From contig NZ_MWQY01000007.1 in NCBI RefSeq assembly GCF_002087085.1, positions 124,001 through 188,000 of the forward strand: DNA of 64,000 nucleotides. The letters are read 5' to 3'. Both the position numbers and the translations under genes were made by a program. Below the pieces are notes generated by a model. That model ran no database searches, was not told the DNA's origin, and saw only the letters and a program-made list of their open reading frames with translations. How positions within the stretch are numbered: the first letter of the stretch is position 1; every line of letters starts with the position of its first letter. Of this stretch, positions 1 through 9,270 are shown one piece after another.

Positions 1-1
1 G

Positions 2-1060
2 CTGCTTATTGCCGGCAGGGACAATACTCACGCCCGGTACGTGCTTGCGGCCCTGGAACACGATATCGATTCCCTGGTGGAAAAACCGATGGCCGCCGGT
101 GCCGAGGACTGCCAGAAGATCATCGACGCGGAAAAGAAGAGCAAAGGCCGGGTCCAGGTCACCTTCAATTACCGCTATACCGCCATACACCGGCGCATCA
201 AGGAGATGATCCTCCAGGGCAAGGTTGGACGTATTACCTCCATCGACCTTAACTGGTACATCGACACCTACCACGGATCAAGTTACTTCCGGCGCTGGAA
301 CCGTTACCGGGAAATCTCCGGGGGTCTTTCCATCCACAAGGCTTCGCACCACTTCGACCTGGTAAACTGGTGGACCGGACAGCGCCCCGAGGAGGTCTTC
401 GCCTTCGGAGCACTGAACTACTACGGTCCCGAGGGACCAAAGAATCCTTCAATAAAGGACGGCCGTTTCTGTCAGACCTGTGACGAAAAGGACCAGTGCA
501 TCTACTACCGCCGCTGGAATCACCGCACCGGCGACGCGGAGGTAAAGGACGACCACCTGGACCTGGACGAGGCCAGGAAAGCCAATTTTACCGGCTACCG
601 TACCGACGCCTGTATCTTTGATTCGGACATACAGATCGAGGATACCTATACGGCGACCATCCGCTATGACAAGGGGGCGATGCTCTCCTATTCGGTCAAC
701 TTTTCCACCCCCTGGGAGGGTTACCGGGTGGCCATCAACGGAACGGAGGGGCGTATAGAATCCACGGAATACCATATGCCCCAGCGTATTCCCTTCCCCT
801 TCGAGGAGCACCAGACAATCGAATACTATCCCCTCTTCGGCTCCAAGGAGATCATCCACGTGGTCGAGCGTCCCGGCGGCCATCACGGCGCAGATCCTGT
901 TCTGCTGGAGGATGTCTTTCTGGGACCGGATCCTTCACGGGACTACGAGATCGCCTCGAGCTCCCTTGACGGAGCCCTTGCGGTGGCCACCGGAGAGGCT
1001 GTCTGGAAATCCGTACGGGACAGGCGCCCCTACAAGCTCCGGGAACTGCTCACGTATTAG
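2..1060 (+). CDS. Gfo/Idh/MocA family oxidoreductase (5'-truncated by window edge)
   Basis: Frame is open from base 2 (LLIAGRDNTHARYVLAAL...). EKP motif, FNYRY, and GGLSIHKASHHFD catalytic region. Confidence 0.9.
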   Translation: MLIAGRDNTHARYVLAALEHDIDSLVEKPMAAGAEDCQKIIDAEKKSKGRVQVTFNYRYTAIHRRIKEMILQGKVGRITSIDLNWYIDTYHGSSYFRRWNRYREISGGLSIHKASHHFDLVNWWTGQRPEEVFAFGALNYYGPEGPKNPSIKDGRFCQTCDEKDQCIYYRRWNHRTGDAEVKDDHLDLDEARKANFTGYRTDACIFDSDIQIEDTYTATIRYDKGAMLSYSVNFSTPWEGYRVAINGTEGRIESTEYHMPQRIPFPFEEHQTIEYYPLFGSKEIIHVVERPGGHHGADPVLLEDVFLGPDPSRDYEIASSSLDGALAVATGEAVWKSVRDRRPYKLRELLTY

Positions 1061-1131
1061 TACTTCGACAAAACCGGGGCCTTCATCCATGAAAAGAATC
1101 CGAAGGCCCCGTTGTACTCCGGCAGCAGGGT

Positions 1132-2175
1132 CTAATATCCCTTCTTGCCCTTATAAAACTGCTTAACAGATTTGGAAATCTGTTTCCAGCGACGCTCCTC
1201 CTCGGCCCGGGCCTGTTCATCGCTTCTGCGGTGCAGATAATTCAACTCCTTCCGCAGTTCCAGATAGCTCTCATAGCGTTCGTGGGAAAGCTCCCCGTCC
1301 ACAAGGGCCTGCTGCACTGCACAGCCCGGTTCCCCCTGGTGGGTGCAGTCGCGAAAGCGGCAGTTCCGGGCATGGTGGTCCAGGTCATGAAAGACCTCAT
1401 CCAGGGAGGCTTCTCCGGCCCAGAGCCGGAGTTCCCGTAAGCCCGGGGTATCTATCAGGGCACCACCTCCTGGAATAAAAACCAGATTGCGACTGGTCGA
1501 GGTATGTCTGCCCCGGTGGTCGCTTTCCCTGGTCTCTCCCCTGGAAAGCCGGTCTTCCCCCAGCAGGGCATTTATGAGGGAGGATTTTCCAACCCCCGAG
1601 GGGCCCAGGACAACCCCGGTCAATCCGGGGCTCAAAACACCGGCCAGTTCCTTCATACCGTCACCGGTACGGGCACTGGTCAGGATCTGCCGGACCCCGG
1701 GAGCTGCCTCCTCCGCGGCCTGAAGGGCGCTGACAATGTCGGAACACAGATCCAGCTTGTTCAAAACCAGGACCGCTTCGGCCCCGCTCTCACGAACCAT
1801 TACCAGATAGCGCTCGATTCCCCGTCGGGTAAGATTACGGCCGCCGTCCAGGCCGGCGACGATAAAAACCAGGTCCACATTGGCGGCCAGGATCTGCCGC
1901 TCCGTGGTCCCTCCGGCACTGGCGCGGGCTATACAGGCCTCCCGCCGAAGGACTCCTTCAATCAGAGATCCTTCTCTGCGCAGGGCGACCCAGTCCCCGG
2001 TAACGGGATAATCCCCTTTTTCTCCGGCGGCATGGCGAAAACCGCCGCTTACCCGGCACAGAAGCTCGTCCTCATCGCTGAGAACCTTGTAGAGATGCTG
2101 TCCTTCCCCCACGACCCGGCCGGGAGTACAGCCCGGGAAGGCTTTTTCGCATTCGGTTTTTCTATCTTCAGCCAT
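1132..2175 (-). CDS. rsgA: Ribosome small subunit-dependent GTPase A (circularly permuted GTPase)
   Basis: NKLD, GPSGVGKSS, GRHTST, DTPG and Zn finger CRFRDCTHQGEPGC. Start placed at ATG 2175 (MAEDRK), overlapping the end of the upstream RNHCP gene. Confidence 0.93.
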   Translation of the reverse strand: MAEDRKTECEKAFPGCTPGRVVGEGQHLYKVLSDEDELLCRVSGGFRHAAGEKGDYPVTGDWVALRREGSLIEGVLRREACIARASAGGTTERQILAANVDLVFIVAGLDGGRNLTRRGIERYLVMVRESGAEAVLVLNKLDLCSDIVSALQAAEEAAPGVRQILTSARTGDGMKELAGVLSPGLTGVVLGPSGVGKSSLINALLGEDRLSRGETRESDHRGRHTSTSRNLVFIPGGGALIDTPGLRELRLWAGEASLDEVFHDLDHHARNCRFRDCTHQGEPGCAVQQALVDGELSHERYESYLELRKELNYLHRRSDEQARAEEERRWKQISKSVKQFYKGKKGY

Positions 2176-2572
2176 GGAGCACACCCTCTGTAGTATGAAA
2201 TTCCGCCATCCTGTCCGCAATAGCGGATACAGGAAAGGGGAGCAGGGACACAGGCCTCAGGGCCAGGCTAAGCAGCGCGCCTTCGTTGTCGTTCCCGGCA
2301 ATCCTGTTATGCTTCAGCATACCGCATTTTGTGCAGCGGTGAATCAATGACCACTCTCCGTCGGGCATAACCCAGATACCGACGGGTTCCATTTTGTTCC
2401 GGCAGCCTGAGCGCCGGTCTCCGGTGCGTACATCCACGTGCAGACTCCACAGGCAGTGGCAGCAGTGGTTTCTGTGCTGCGTACCGGACAGAGAAGGGGG
2501 GACTATCCGGCCGCAGTGACGGCAGATAAAGGCGGTGTTTTCCCGGGTATGATGTATTTTGTTTCTGGACAT
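2168..2572 (-). CDS. RNHCP domain-containing protein (Cys-rich, likely Zn-binding)
   Basis: FICRHCG...RNHCCHCLWSLHVD...GDR...C...HRCTKCG...NRIAGNDN is the typical RNHCP pattern (here RNHCC). Start ATG 2572 follows GGAGA. Confidence 0.85.
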   Translation of the reverse strand: MSRNKIHHTRENTAFICRHCGRIVPPSLSGTQHRNHCCHCLWSLHVDVRTGDRRSGCRNKMEPVGIWVMPDGEWSLIHRCTKCGMLKHNRIAGNDNEGALLSLALRPVSLLPFPVSAIADRMAEFHTTEGVLHG

Positions 2573-2759
2573 AAAAGTCTCCGTTCCCCTGTGAAATGAA
2601 CACACGGGGATCACACGTTCCTGCAGCAATGATGTGCAGATCCGAAGTCTTTGAGAAGAATGAACCGGAAACTCTTCCGCTGTGAAAAATTATTAAAAGA
2701 CGGGTTCCTGAAGAGATACGTTTTTAGATGGCCTACAGGTCAAAACAGCGTATCAGGAA

Positions 2760-2804
2760 TCAAGCGACCCGCTCGCGGAGGCTTCCGCACAATCCAACAC
2801 TCAT
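2760..2804 (-). CDS. Putative 14-aa leader peptide MSVGLCGSLRERVA (uORF of the RNHCP-rsgA operon)
   Basis: Perfect SD AGGAGGT (2812-2818) 7 nt before ATG 2804. TGA at 2760-2762, immediately followed by a stem-loop. Confidence 0.6.
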   Translation of the reverse strand: MSVGLCGSLRERVA

Positions 2805-2872
2805 CAACACTACCTCCTGTAAAATGAGCATGCTTCTTTTTAATCCTTTTTACAGGTATCGTCAACTGTCCC

Positions 2873-3616
2873 TTACGATACCTCACGATAGAGCAGCATG
2901 GCGGCAAAGCTCTCGCTGCCGTCATCCAGATAGCCCCGTACAATGGTCGAGCCGGGTCCATCACAGCGTTTCAATGTCACGGTGTCATTCCAGCCGGCGG
3001 CCCGGGAGTAGTTGATATCAAAACCGGTCAGATCGAGACGGTCGAATTCCTGGGGAGAAAAACAGTCCAGGAACCAGCGAACATAGCGGGTGTTGTTGAC
3101 ATGATCGTTCTGGTCGAGGTCCGAGTACCTGGCGGTAACCCTGACCTGACTCCCCTCCCCGTCGCAGCCCGGGACCTTGGGAGCGGATCCCTGGACAGCC
3201 TCCCCCACGCCGGAGAAATCAAAATCCTTGAATACCTGCTGCGGTCGCACCGGACGCATGCCGGCCGTATCCAGGAGCATCCAGCCGCTGGTGGCCCGGG
3301 CACAGAGTTCTCCGTCGGCACCGAAGATGCGGAAATCGCGCCGCGCCAGGGGGCCCTGGGGTTCCTTCGGCCAGGTCTCCACCCGTATTGTTTCACGATG
3401 GACCGGGGACCTGTCAAACTCCACCCGCAGCCGGGACAGGACCCACATCCGCCCCTCCGCCGCGCAGTAGGACTCGCCAAAACCGAGTTTCTCCGCCTGG
3501 AGCAGGGCCGCCTCCTGAAAGATGGCGGAAAAAGAGGGAAGCGCCAGGCGCCCCCTGGTGTCTATCTCGCTGTAGATAATGGTATGGGAAAAGCTGTAGT
3601 GCATATCTGTCGCCAT
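2873..3616 (-). CDS. Acyl-ACP thioesterase (FatA-like, double hot-dog fold)
   Basis: WVLSR, ETWP, RYSDLDQNDHVNNTRY catalytic motif. Confidence 0.9.
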   Translation of the reverse strand: MATDMHYSFSHTIIYSEIDTRGRLALPSFSAIFQEAALLQAEKLGFGESYCAAEGRMWVLSRLRVEFDRSPVHRETIRVETWPKEPQGPLARRDFRIFGADGELCARATSGWMLLDTAGMRPVRPQQVFKDFDFSGVGEAVQGSAPKVPGCDGEGSQVRVTARYSDLDQNDHVNNTRYVRWFLDCFSPQEFDRLDLTGFDINYSRAAGWNDTVTLKRCDGPGSTIVRGYLDDGSESFAAMLLYREVS

Positions 3617-3697
3617 GGTTTCTCCGGTTCACAGGATTCAATCATCCTAAAAAAAGAGGGAAGCAATGGCAATAGTACCGGGGCATCTCTAAACACT

Positions 3698-3727
3698 AAA
3701 AGCCCCCCGGCTGTACCGGAGGGCTTT
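3698..3727 (-). terminator. Intrinsic terminator of oadGAB
   Basis: Minus strand aaagccctccgg-tacag-ccggggggc-tttt, just downstream of oadB. Confidence 0.7.
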
Positions 3728-3754
3728 GAGAGAGTGTCGTGAGAAAAGGCTGTA

Positions 3755-4978
3755 TCAGCCGCCTGCAAGCTTGGGAATAACACCCAGCAGCACACCGGCA
3801 GCGACGGCCGATCCGATAACGCCGGCCACATTGGGTCCCATGGCATGCATCAGAAGGAAGTTCTGAGAGTTGGCCTCTTTACCGACTTTGTTCACTACCC
3901 GGGCCGCCATGGGCACCGCGGAAACACCCGCCGCACCGATCAGGGGATTGATGGGTTTCTTGGAAACCAGGTTCATGCCCTTGGCCAGAAGCAGACCGGT
4001 GGCAGTACCGATGGCAAAAGCGATCAGACCCAGCAGCAGGATTCCCAGGGTATTCATGTTCAGGAAGGATTCGGCCTGCATCTTGGAGCCTACGGCCAGA
4101 CCCAGCATGATGGTAACAATGTTCATCAGGGCGTTCTGCATGGTGTCGGAGAGTCTTTCCACAACACCGCACTCCCGGGCAAGGTTACCGAACATCAGCG
4201 CACCGATCAGAGGGGTAGCTGAGGGCAGCAGGATTATACAGGTGATAAGTACAACCAGGGGAAAAAGAATCTTCTCCCGTTTGCTTACATGGCGCAGCTG
4301 CTCCATCTTTATCTGCCGCTCCTCTTTGGTGGTGAGCAGACGCATGATGGGAGGCTGAATAATCGGCACCAGGGCCATGTAGGAGTAGGCCGCGACGGCT
4401 ATTGCGCCCAGGAGCTCCGGCTTGAGCCGGGAGGCGACATAGATCGCCGTCGGTCCGTCCGCCCCGCCAATGATTCCGATGGAACCGGCGGCAAAGAGGT
4501 CGAAGTTGATTCCCGGAACATATTTTCCCAGGAACAGAGCGCCGAGAACCGCCACAAAGATACCAAACTGTGCTGCGGCACCGAGCAGGAAGGTCTTGGG
4601 GTCCGCCAGCAAGGGTCCGAAGTCGGTCATGGCACCTACGCCCATGAAGATCAGCAGCGGAAAGAGGCCCGAACCGATACCGAAGTCGTAAAAGAGCCCG
4701 ATAAATCCGCCGGAAATCTCCCTGACCGCCAGGGCGGTCTCGCTGATATTTCCGGTTATTACCGTGTGGGCGGCGATTTCCGCGAAGGGGATATTCGACA
4801 GAATCGCCCCAAGCCCGATGGGTACCAGCAGCAGGGGCTCAAAGCCTTTCTTGATGGCCAGGTAAAGAAGCAGGAAGCCGACAAGAATCATGAGAACGCT
4901 CTGCCATCCGCCCTCCTGCATAAAGCCGTAAAGACCTGTTGTGGTCCATAAATCGTAAAATGCGCTTCCAAAGTTCAT
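3755..4978 (-). CDS. oadB: Na+-translocating decarboxylase beta subunit
   Basis: [45 protein letters not shown]; polytopic membrane protein. Confidence 0.95.
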   Translation of the reverse strand: MNFGSAFYDLWTTTGLYGFMQEGGWQSVLMILVGFLLLYLAIKKGFEPLLLVPIGLGAILSNIPFAEIAAHTVITGNISETALAVREISGGFIGLFYDFGIGSGLFPLLIFMGVGAMTDFGPLLADPKTFLLGAAAQFGIFVAVLGALFLGKYVPGINFDLFAAGSIGIIGGADGPTAIYVASRLKPELLGAIAVAAYSYMALVPIIQPPIMRLLTTKEERQIKMEQLRHVSKREKILFPLVVLITCIILLPSATPLIGALMFGNLARECGVVERLSDTMQNALMNIVTIMLGLAVGSKMQAESFLNMNTLGILLLGLIAFAIGTATGLLLAKGMNLVSKKPINPLIGAAGVSAVPMAARVVNKVGKEANSQNFLLMHAMGPNVAGVIGSAVAAGVLLGVIPKLAGG

Positions 4979-4990
4979 ATCCGGCCCCCC

Positions 4991-6790
4991 TTACTGGATT
5001 TCTACCAGAGTGTCGCCGGCTGCTACCTGATCTCCCTGCTTTACAGGAATGTTCGCGATTACTCCGGAGGCGGGAGAATGGATCTCGTTCTCCATTTTCA
5101 TGGATTCCATCACCATGATTACCTCGCCCTCGCTGACGCTGTCGCCCTCGCCCTTGCTGAGGCGCAGGATGAGACCGGGAAGAGGTGCGGAAACCTTGAC
5201 GCCTTCTCCGGTGCCGCCGGAGGCAGCTGCAGCGCCACCCTCATCGATCCCGGGGGTCACGTTCACAGAGTAGCTCTTGCCGTTGACGACAGCCTTGTCG
5301 CCTTCCAGTTTGACCTTGAAGGTCTTGCCTTCAAGCTTGACGGTGTAACCGCCGGCAGCAGCTTCGCCGCCCTCGGCGGGTTTGCTTCTGTCGATCTTGC
5401 GAACGCCGGACTTGGCCTCTCCCTTCAGGTAGGTAATGCCCTTCTCCTTACAGGTGGCGGCGATGAATAGGTTCTCTTCCGTCTCTTCGATACCGGCTTC
5501 CTGGAGCATCTTCCTGGCAGCGGGAATACCCTTTTTGGGGTCCGCATCGTTGATTTCCAGGACCTTCTTCTCCGTGGGTTCCAGACCGAGCTGCTCGGAA
5601 GCAAGCTTAACGATTTCAGGATCCGCGGGGACCGGGGTCTTGCCGAAGTATCCCAGGACCATCTTGCCGTAGCCCTCGGCGATCTTTTCCCAGGGGCCGA
5701 TCAGGGTGTTGTTGAAGGCCTGCTGGAAGTAGAACTGGCTCACGGGGGTAACGGAGGTTCCGAAACCGCCGCGACGGACGACCTCGCCCATGTTGGCGGA
5801 GATCTCGACGTACTTGTCCATCAGGTTGTTGTCCCGCAGCATCTGGGTATTTGCGGTCAGGGCCCCGCCGGGCATGGGGCTGAAGGGGATCAGAGGCTCG
5901 ACGGTGGTAGCCTCGGGGGGCATGAAGTAGTCCTTCATGCAATCCTTGAAAACCTCTTCGGCCTTTTCAATCTTCTTGATGTCAACTCCAAGGTCAAAAT
6001 CGGTTCCCCGCAGGGCATGCCACATGGTCATGACGTCGGTCTGACAGGTACCGCCCGAACAGGGCGCCAGGGAAAGGTCGATCTGGTTGGCTCCGCCTTC
6101 CAGGGCGGCCATGTACTGGGCTACACCGATACCGGCGGTCTCGTGACTGTGGAACACCAGCTGTACATCATCGCCGAGCATCTTCCTTGCCTGCTTGATG
6201 GTCTCAAACACCTTGCTGGGAACCGAGGTTCCGGAGGCGTCCTTGAAACAGACTGAATCGAAGGGGATTCCCGCGTCCAGAATGTCCTTCAGGGACTGGA
6301 TATAGAATTCGGGGGTGTGGGAGCCTTCGCATCCGGGAGGAAGCTCCATCATGGTCACGACGACCTCGTGCTTCAGTCCGGCGTCAACGATGCACTGACC
6401 GGAATAGATCAGGTTGTTCACATCGTTCAGGGCATCGAAGTTACGGATCGTGGTTATGCCGTGCTTCTTGAACATCCTGGCATGGAGATCGATAACATCA
6501 CTGGACTGGGAGTCGAGCCCTACGACGTTTACACCCCTGGCAAGGGTCTGCAGGTTCACGTCCGGACCGGCGGCCTGGCGGAAAGAATCCATCATATCGA
6601 AGGCATTCTCGTTGCAGTAAAAGAAAAGGGACTGGAAACGGGCGCCGCCGCCTGCTTCAAAGTGGTTGATTCCTGCTTCAACCGCCGCTTCAACGGCGGG
6701 CAGAAAGTCCTTGGTAAAAACACGGGCTCCGTAGGCGGACTGAAATCCGTCCCGGAAGGCTGTAACCATGAAATCTACGCGCTTTTTCAT
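4991..6790 (-). CDS. oadA: Oxaloacetate decarboxylase alpha subunit with C-terminal biotin carrier
   Basis: RDGFQS, FKD, HSH and MPGG carboxyltransferase motifs; biotinylation motif ESMKMEN; lies between oadG and oadB. Confidence 0.92.
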   Translation of the reverse strand: MKKRVDFMVTAFRDGFQSAYGARVFTKDFLPAVEAAVEAGINHFEAGGGARFQSLFFYCNENAFDMMDSFRQAAGPDVNLQTLARGVNVVGLDSQSSDVIDLHARMFKKHGITTIRNFDALNDVNNLIYSGQCIVDAGLKHEVVVTMMELPPGCEGSHTPEFYIQSLKDILDAGIPFDSVCFKDASGTSVPSKVFETIKQARKMLGDDVQLVFHSHETAGIGVAQYMAALEGGANQIDLSLAPCSGGTCQTDVMTMWHALRGTDFDLGVDIKKIEKAEEVFKDCMKDYFMPPEATTVEPLIPFSPMPGGALTANTQMLRDNNLMDKYVEISANMGEVVRRGGFGTSVTPVSQFYFQQAFNNTLIGPWEKIAEGYGKMVLGYFGKTPVPADPEIVKLASEQLGLEPTEKKVLEINDADPKKGIPAARKMLQEAGIEETEENLFIAATCKEKGITYLKGEAKSGVRKIDRSKPAEGGEAAAGGYTVKLEGKTFKVKLEGDKAVVNGKSYSVNVTPGIDEGGAAAASGGTGEGVKVSAPLPGLILRLSKGEGDSVSEGEVIMVMESMKMENEIHSPASGVIANIPVKQGDQVAAGDTLVEIQ

Positions 6791-6807
6791 GACGAATAAT
6801 TCCTTTC

Positions 6808-7014
6808 TTATGAGATATAAGCTTTTACCGCGGCAATAACCGCAGCAATCTCTGCGTCCTTCGAACCTGAAGACTCAGCTACTTCCACCACCGGTTCGGG
6901 GAAGTAGCGGATGACAACCGCCGAGAGAACGTTCATGAGAATGACGAGGAGTGTTAAAAACAGAAACACCACCGTCATGCCGACAACTGTTAATACTAAC
7001 CCTTGCGCAATCAC
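6808..7014 (-). CDS. oadG: Decarboxylase gamma subunit (OadG family)
   Basis: QGLVLTVVGMTVVFLFL TM helix and C-terminal EIAAVIAAV. Start GTG 7014 follows CAGGAG. Confidence 0.88.
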   Translation of the reverse strand: MIAQGLVLTVVGMTVVFLFLTLLVILMNVLSAVVIRYFPEPVVEVAESSGSKDAEIAAVIAAVKAYIS

Positions 7015-7161
7015 GACATACTCCTGTTCTGAAAGTGATAGCGGATCCAAGACAAAGATCCATCCGTTCGGGCATGATAATAGTCCGTCCAGAAGGCGAA
7101 TTTCAAGAGGCGAAAAGGTCGTTATCCGACAGATTAGCCGAAGAACACGGTTTAAATTGGA

Positions 7162-7198
7162 GAAAACCGGCATCCCGGACTGGAAATCCGGACGCCGG
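7162..7198 (-). terminator. Probable intrinsic terminator downstream of hsp20
   Basis: Minus strand ccggcgtccgga-tttccag-tccgggatgccgg-ttttct. Confidence 0.55.
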
Positions 7199-7340
7199 CC
7201 GCCTTATATGGCCCTATTTTTCCGGATCATCCCCATTCTGCCTGTTCTGCAGAGAATGAAGGATCCTGCCGACGAATATCTCGAGCTGGGGCTTGAAAAT
7301 GTAACCCAGAGCGACACCAATGATCAGCCAGAACAGCATG

Positions 7341-7850
7341 TCAGTCTTCCTCTTTCACTATTTCGATTTTGATCTCTTTGTGACTCTCAGCCTGCTCCCG
7401 GGCGGGAAGGCTTACTGTCAGAATTCCGTTGCGGTAGATCGCTTTGACCGCATTCCTGTCGAATTTATCCTCCGGCGCGTAATACTTCTGATCCGCAATC
7501 TCCTTGAATTTCAGCCTGCGTTTCAGAAACTTGATTTCATCGTCTCCCCTGCGCTCTTCCGGCAGTCCGGCATTGAGAACCATGTAATCGCCCTTGAACT
7601 CAAGGGAGATCTCTTTTTCATTGAAACCCGCCAGGGCGAACTCGAATACCAGGCTCTTGTCGGCCGTAAAATAGATGTTCGCCGGCGGATAGGAATAGGC
7701 GGGATAGTAATCCACGCTGTCGTCCCATTTAAAAACCGGGCTGCCCGGATGGGAGCGAAATCCTTCCTTGAAGGCACCTCCGAAATTCTGGGTCGCATCG
7801 AACAGATCATCCATGATCTGTCCAAGATCGATAATAATCTTGTCTTTCAT
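7341..7850 (-). CDS. Hsp20/alpha-crystallin family small heat shock protein
   Basis: YPPANIY, FALAGF, AIYRNGILTVSLP. Start ATG 7850 follows GGTGGAG. Confidence 0.9.
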   Translation of the reverse strand: MKDKIIIDLGQIMDDLFDATQNFGGAFKEGFRSHPGSPVFKWDDSVDYYPAYSYPPANIYFTADKSLVFEFALAGFNEKEISLEFKGDYMVLNAGLPEERRGDDEIKFLKRRLKFKEIADQKYYAPEDKFDRNAVKAIYRNGILTVSLPAREQAESHKEIKIEIVKEED

Positions 7851-8059
7851 ACTCCACCTCTTTATCTTCTCGCAGGGCGAGGAGTCTGTACACCCTTTCC
7901 CGTAGTCCGGGCAAAAGGCGGGCCTGCAGTGCACGGCCTGATTATAATATAGCCAAAAACGGACCTGAGCAAAAGACCCCTTCACCCGAAAGAGGAATAT
8001 CGTGTATTCTTAGCTCCCGTCCGGGGATACCCAATATTCGGGGAACGAAAGGAAACATT

Positions 8060-8878
8060 TTGTCTGTACGAATTTTCTGCATGGGAGAGATCGTCGGCAA
8101 GGCCGGCGTTTTTTGTGTAAAATCACTGTTAAAGGATTTCCGGAAAGAGAAGAAGATCGATCTCGTGGTCGCTAACGGCGAAGGAACCACCGGGGGTTTC
8201 GGTCTCGGAAAGAATCACTCCATCTACCTTCACAAGCTGGGAATCGATGTGATTACCGGCGGCGAATGTATCTATTACAAGCGGGACATGGTTTCCCACA
8301 TCCGCCAGGCTCCCTACATACTGCGGCCGGCCAATTATCCCCCGGGAAATCCGGGCCGGGGCTGGTGGGTATACCAGGTGGGAGAATACAAGGTGGGTGT
8401 TATATCCCTGCTGGGTCAGTCGGGATTCCGACGGGTGCATTTGAGCAACCCCTTCAGTTTTCTTCCCGCCATCGTGGACAAGATCCGCAGGGAAACGCCG
8501 ATCATTCTGCTGGATTTCCATGCCGCCACCACGGCGGAAAAATATACCATGTTTCATCACGCCGACGGTCAGGTATCCGCCATCGCCGGAACCCACAACA
8601 AGGCGCTCAGTGCCGATGAGTGCATTCTGCCCAGGGGGACCGGCATGATCTGCGATACCGGGCGTACCGGAAGCATTGATTCCGTGGGCGGACTGGATAT
8701 CGAGACGGAAATTGGGCAATTTATAACCCAGATCCCGGAACGCTCGAAGGAGGCCTGGGACGGACTTGAGATGCAGGGAGTGATCTTCGAAATCAACGCC
8801 GAGGGACGAACCACCGCGGTTGAGCGGGTCAGGATTCCCTGCAGGGAGGTTCCCGATGAACGAAAGAGTGAAAGTTAA
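8060..8878 (+). CDS. ymdB: YmdB/TIGR00282 family metallophosphoesterase
   Basis: GEIVGKAG, ANGE, RPANYP, DFHA, GTH motifs. Confidence 0.85.
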   Translation: MSVRIFCMGEIVGKAGVFCVKSLLKDFRKEKKIDLVVANGEGTTGGFGLGKNHSIYLHKLGIDVITGGECIYYKRDMVSHIRQAPYILRPANYPPGNPGRGWWVYQVGEYKVGVISLLGQSGFRRVHLSNPFSFLPAIVDKIRRETPIILLDFHAATTAEKYTMFHHADGQVSAIAGTHNKALSADECILPRGTGMICDTGRTGSIDSVGGLDIETEIGQFITQIPERSKEAWDGLEMQGVIFEINAEGRTTAVERVRIPCREVPDERKSES

Positions 8879-9269
8879 GTCGATTGCCGGCGACAGGCTT
8901 ATATGCAGCTGCACGACATCGGCCTGCAAATCCTGCAGCGGCAACAGCTTCTGCAATATAAAAATACGGGAGATAGAGGCTCTGAAGCCCGGGAATGTCC
9001 CGGTGGAGGTCGGGGATACCGTGGAGATACATCTTCCCCCGGGAAAGACCATCTTCGCGGGCTTCATGGTAATGATACTGCCCCTGATCCTCTTCGGAGT
9101 CTTTTTCTTCCTGGCAGGACTGGCCCTTCCGGAATCCGGTGAGGGCCTGCGCGTCCTTGCGGGGGTTCTTGGACTTGTTTCCGGCTTTGGGGCAAGCTGG
9201 CTCTATTCAAAGGCCACCAACAGCCGCAACCTGCCCGAAGTGGTCCGGGTCCTGGGAAAGACGGATTAG
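8856..9269 (+). CDS. SoxR reducing system RseC family membrane protein
   Basis: SACKSCSGNSFC Cys cluster, VEVGDTVEI, and two C-terminal TM helices. Start ATG 8856. Confidence 0.8.
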   Translation: MNERVKVKSIAGDRLICSCTTSACKSCSGNSFCNIKIREIEALKPGNVPVEVGDTVEIHLPPGKTIFAGFMVMILPLILFGVFFFLAGLALPESGEGLRVLAGVLGLVSGFGASWLYSKATNSRNLPEVVRVLGKTD

Positions 9270-9270
9270 A

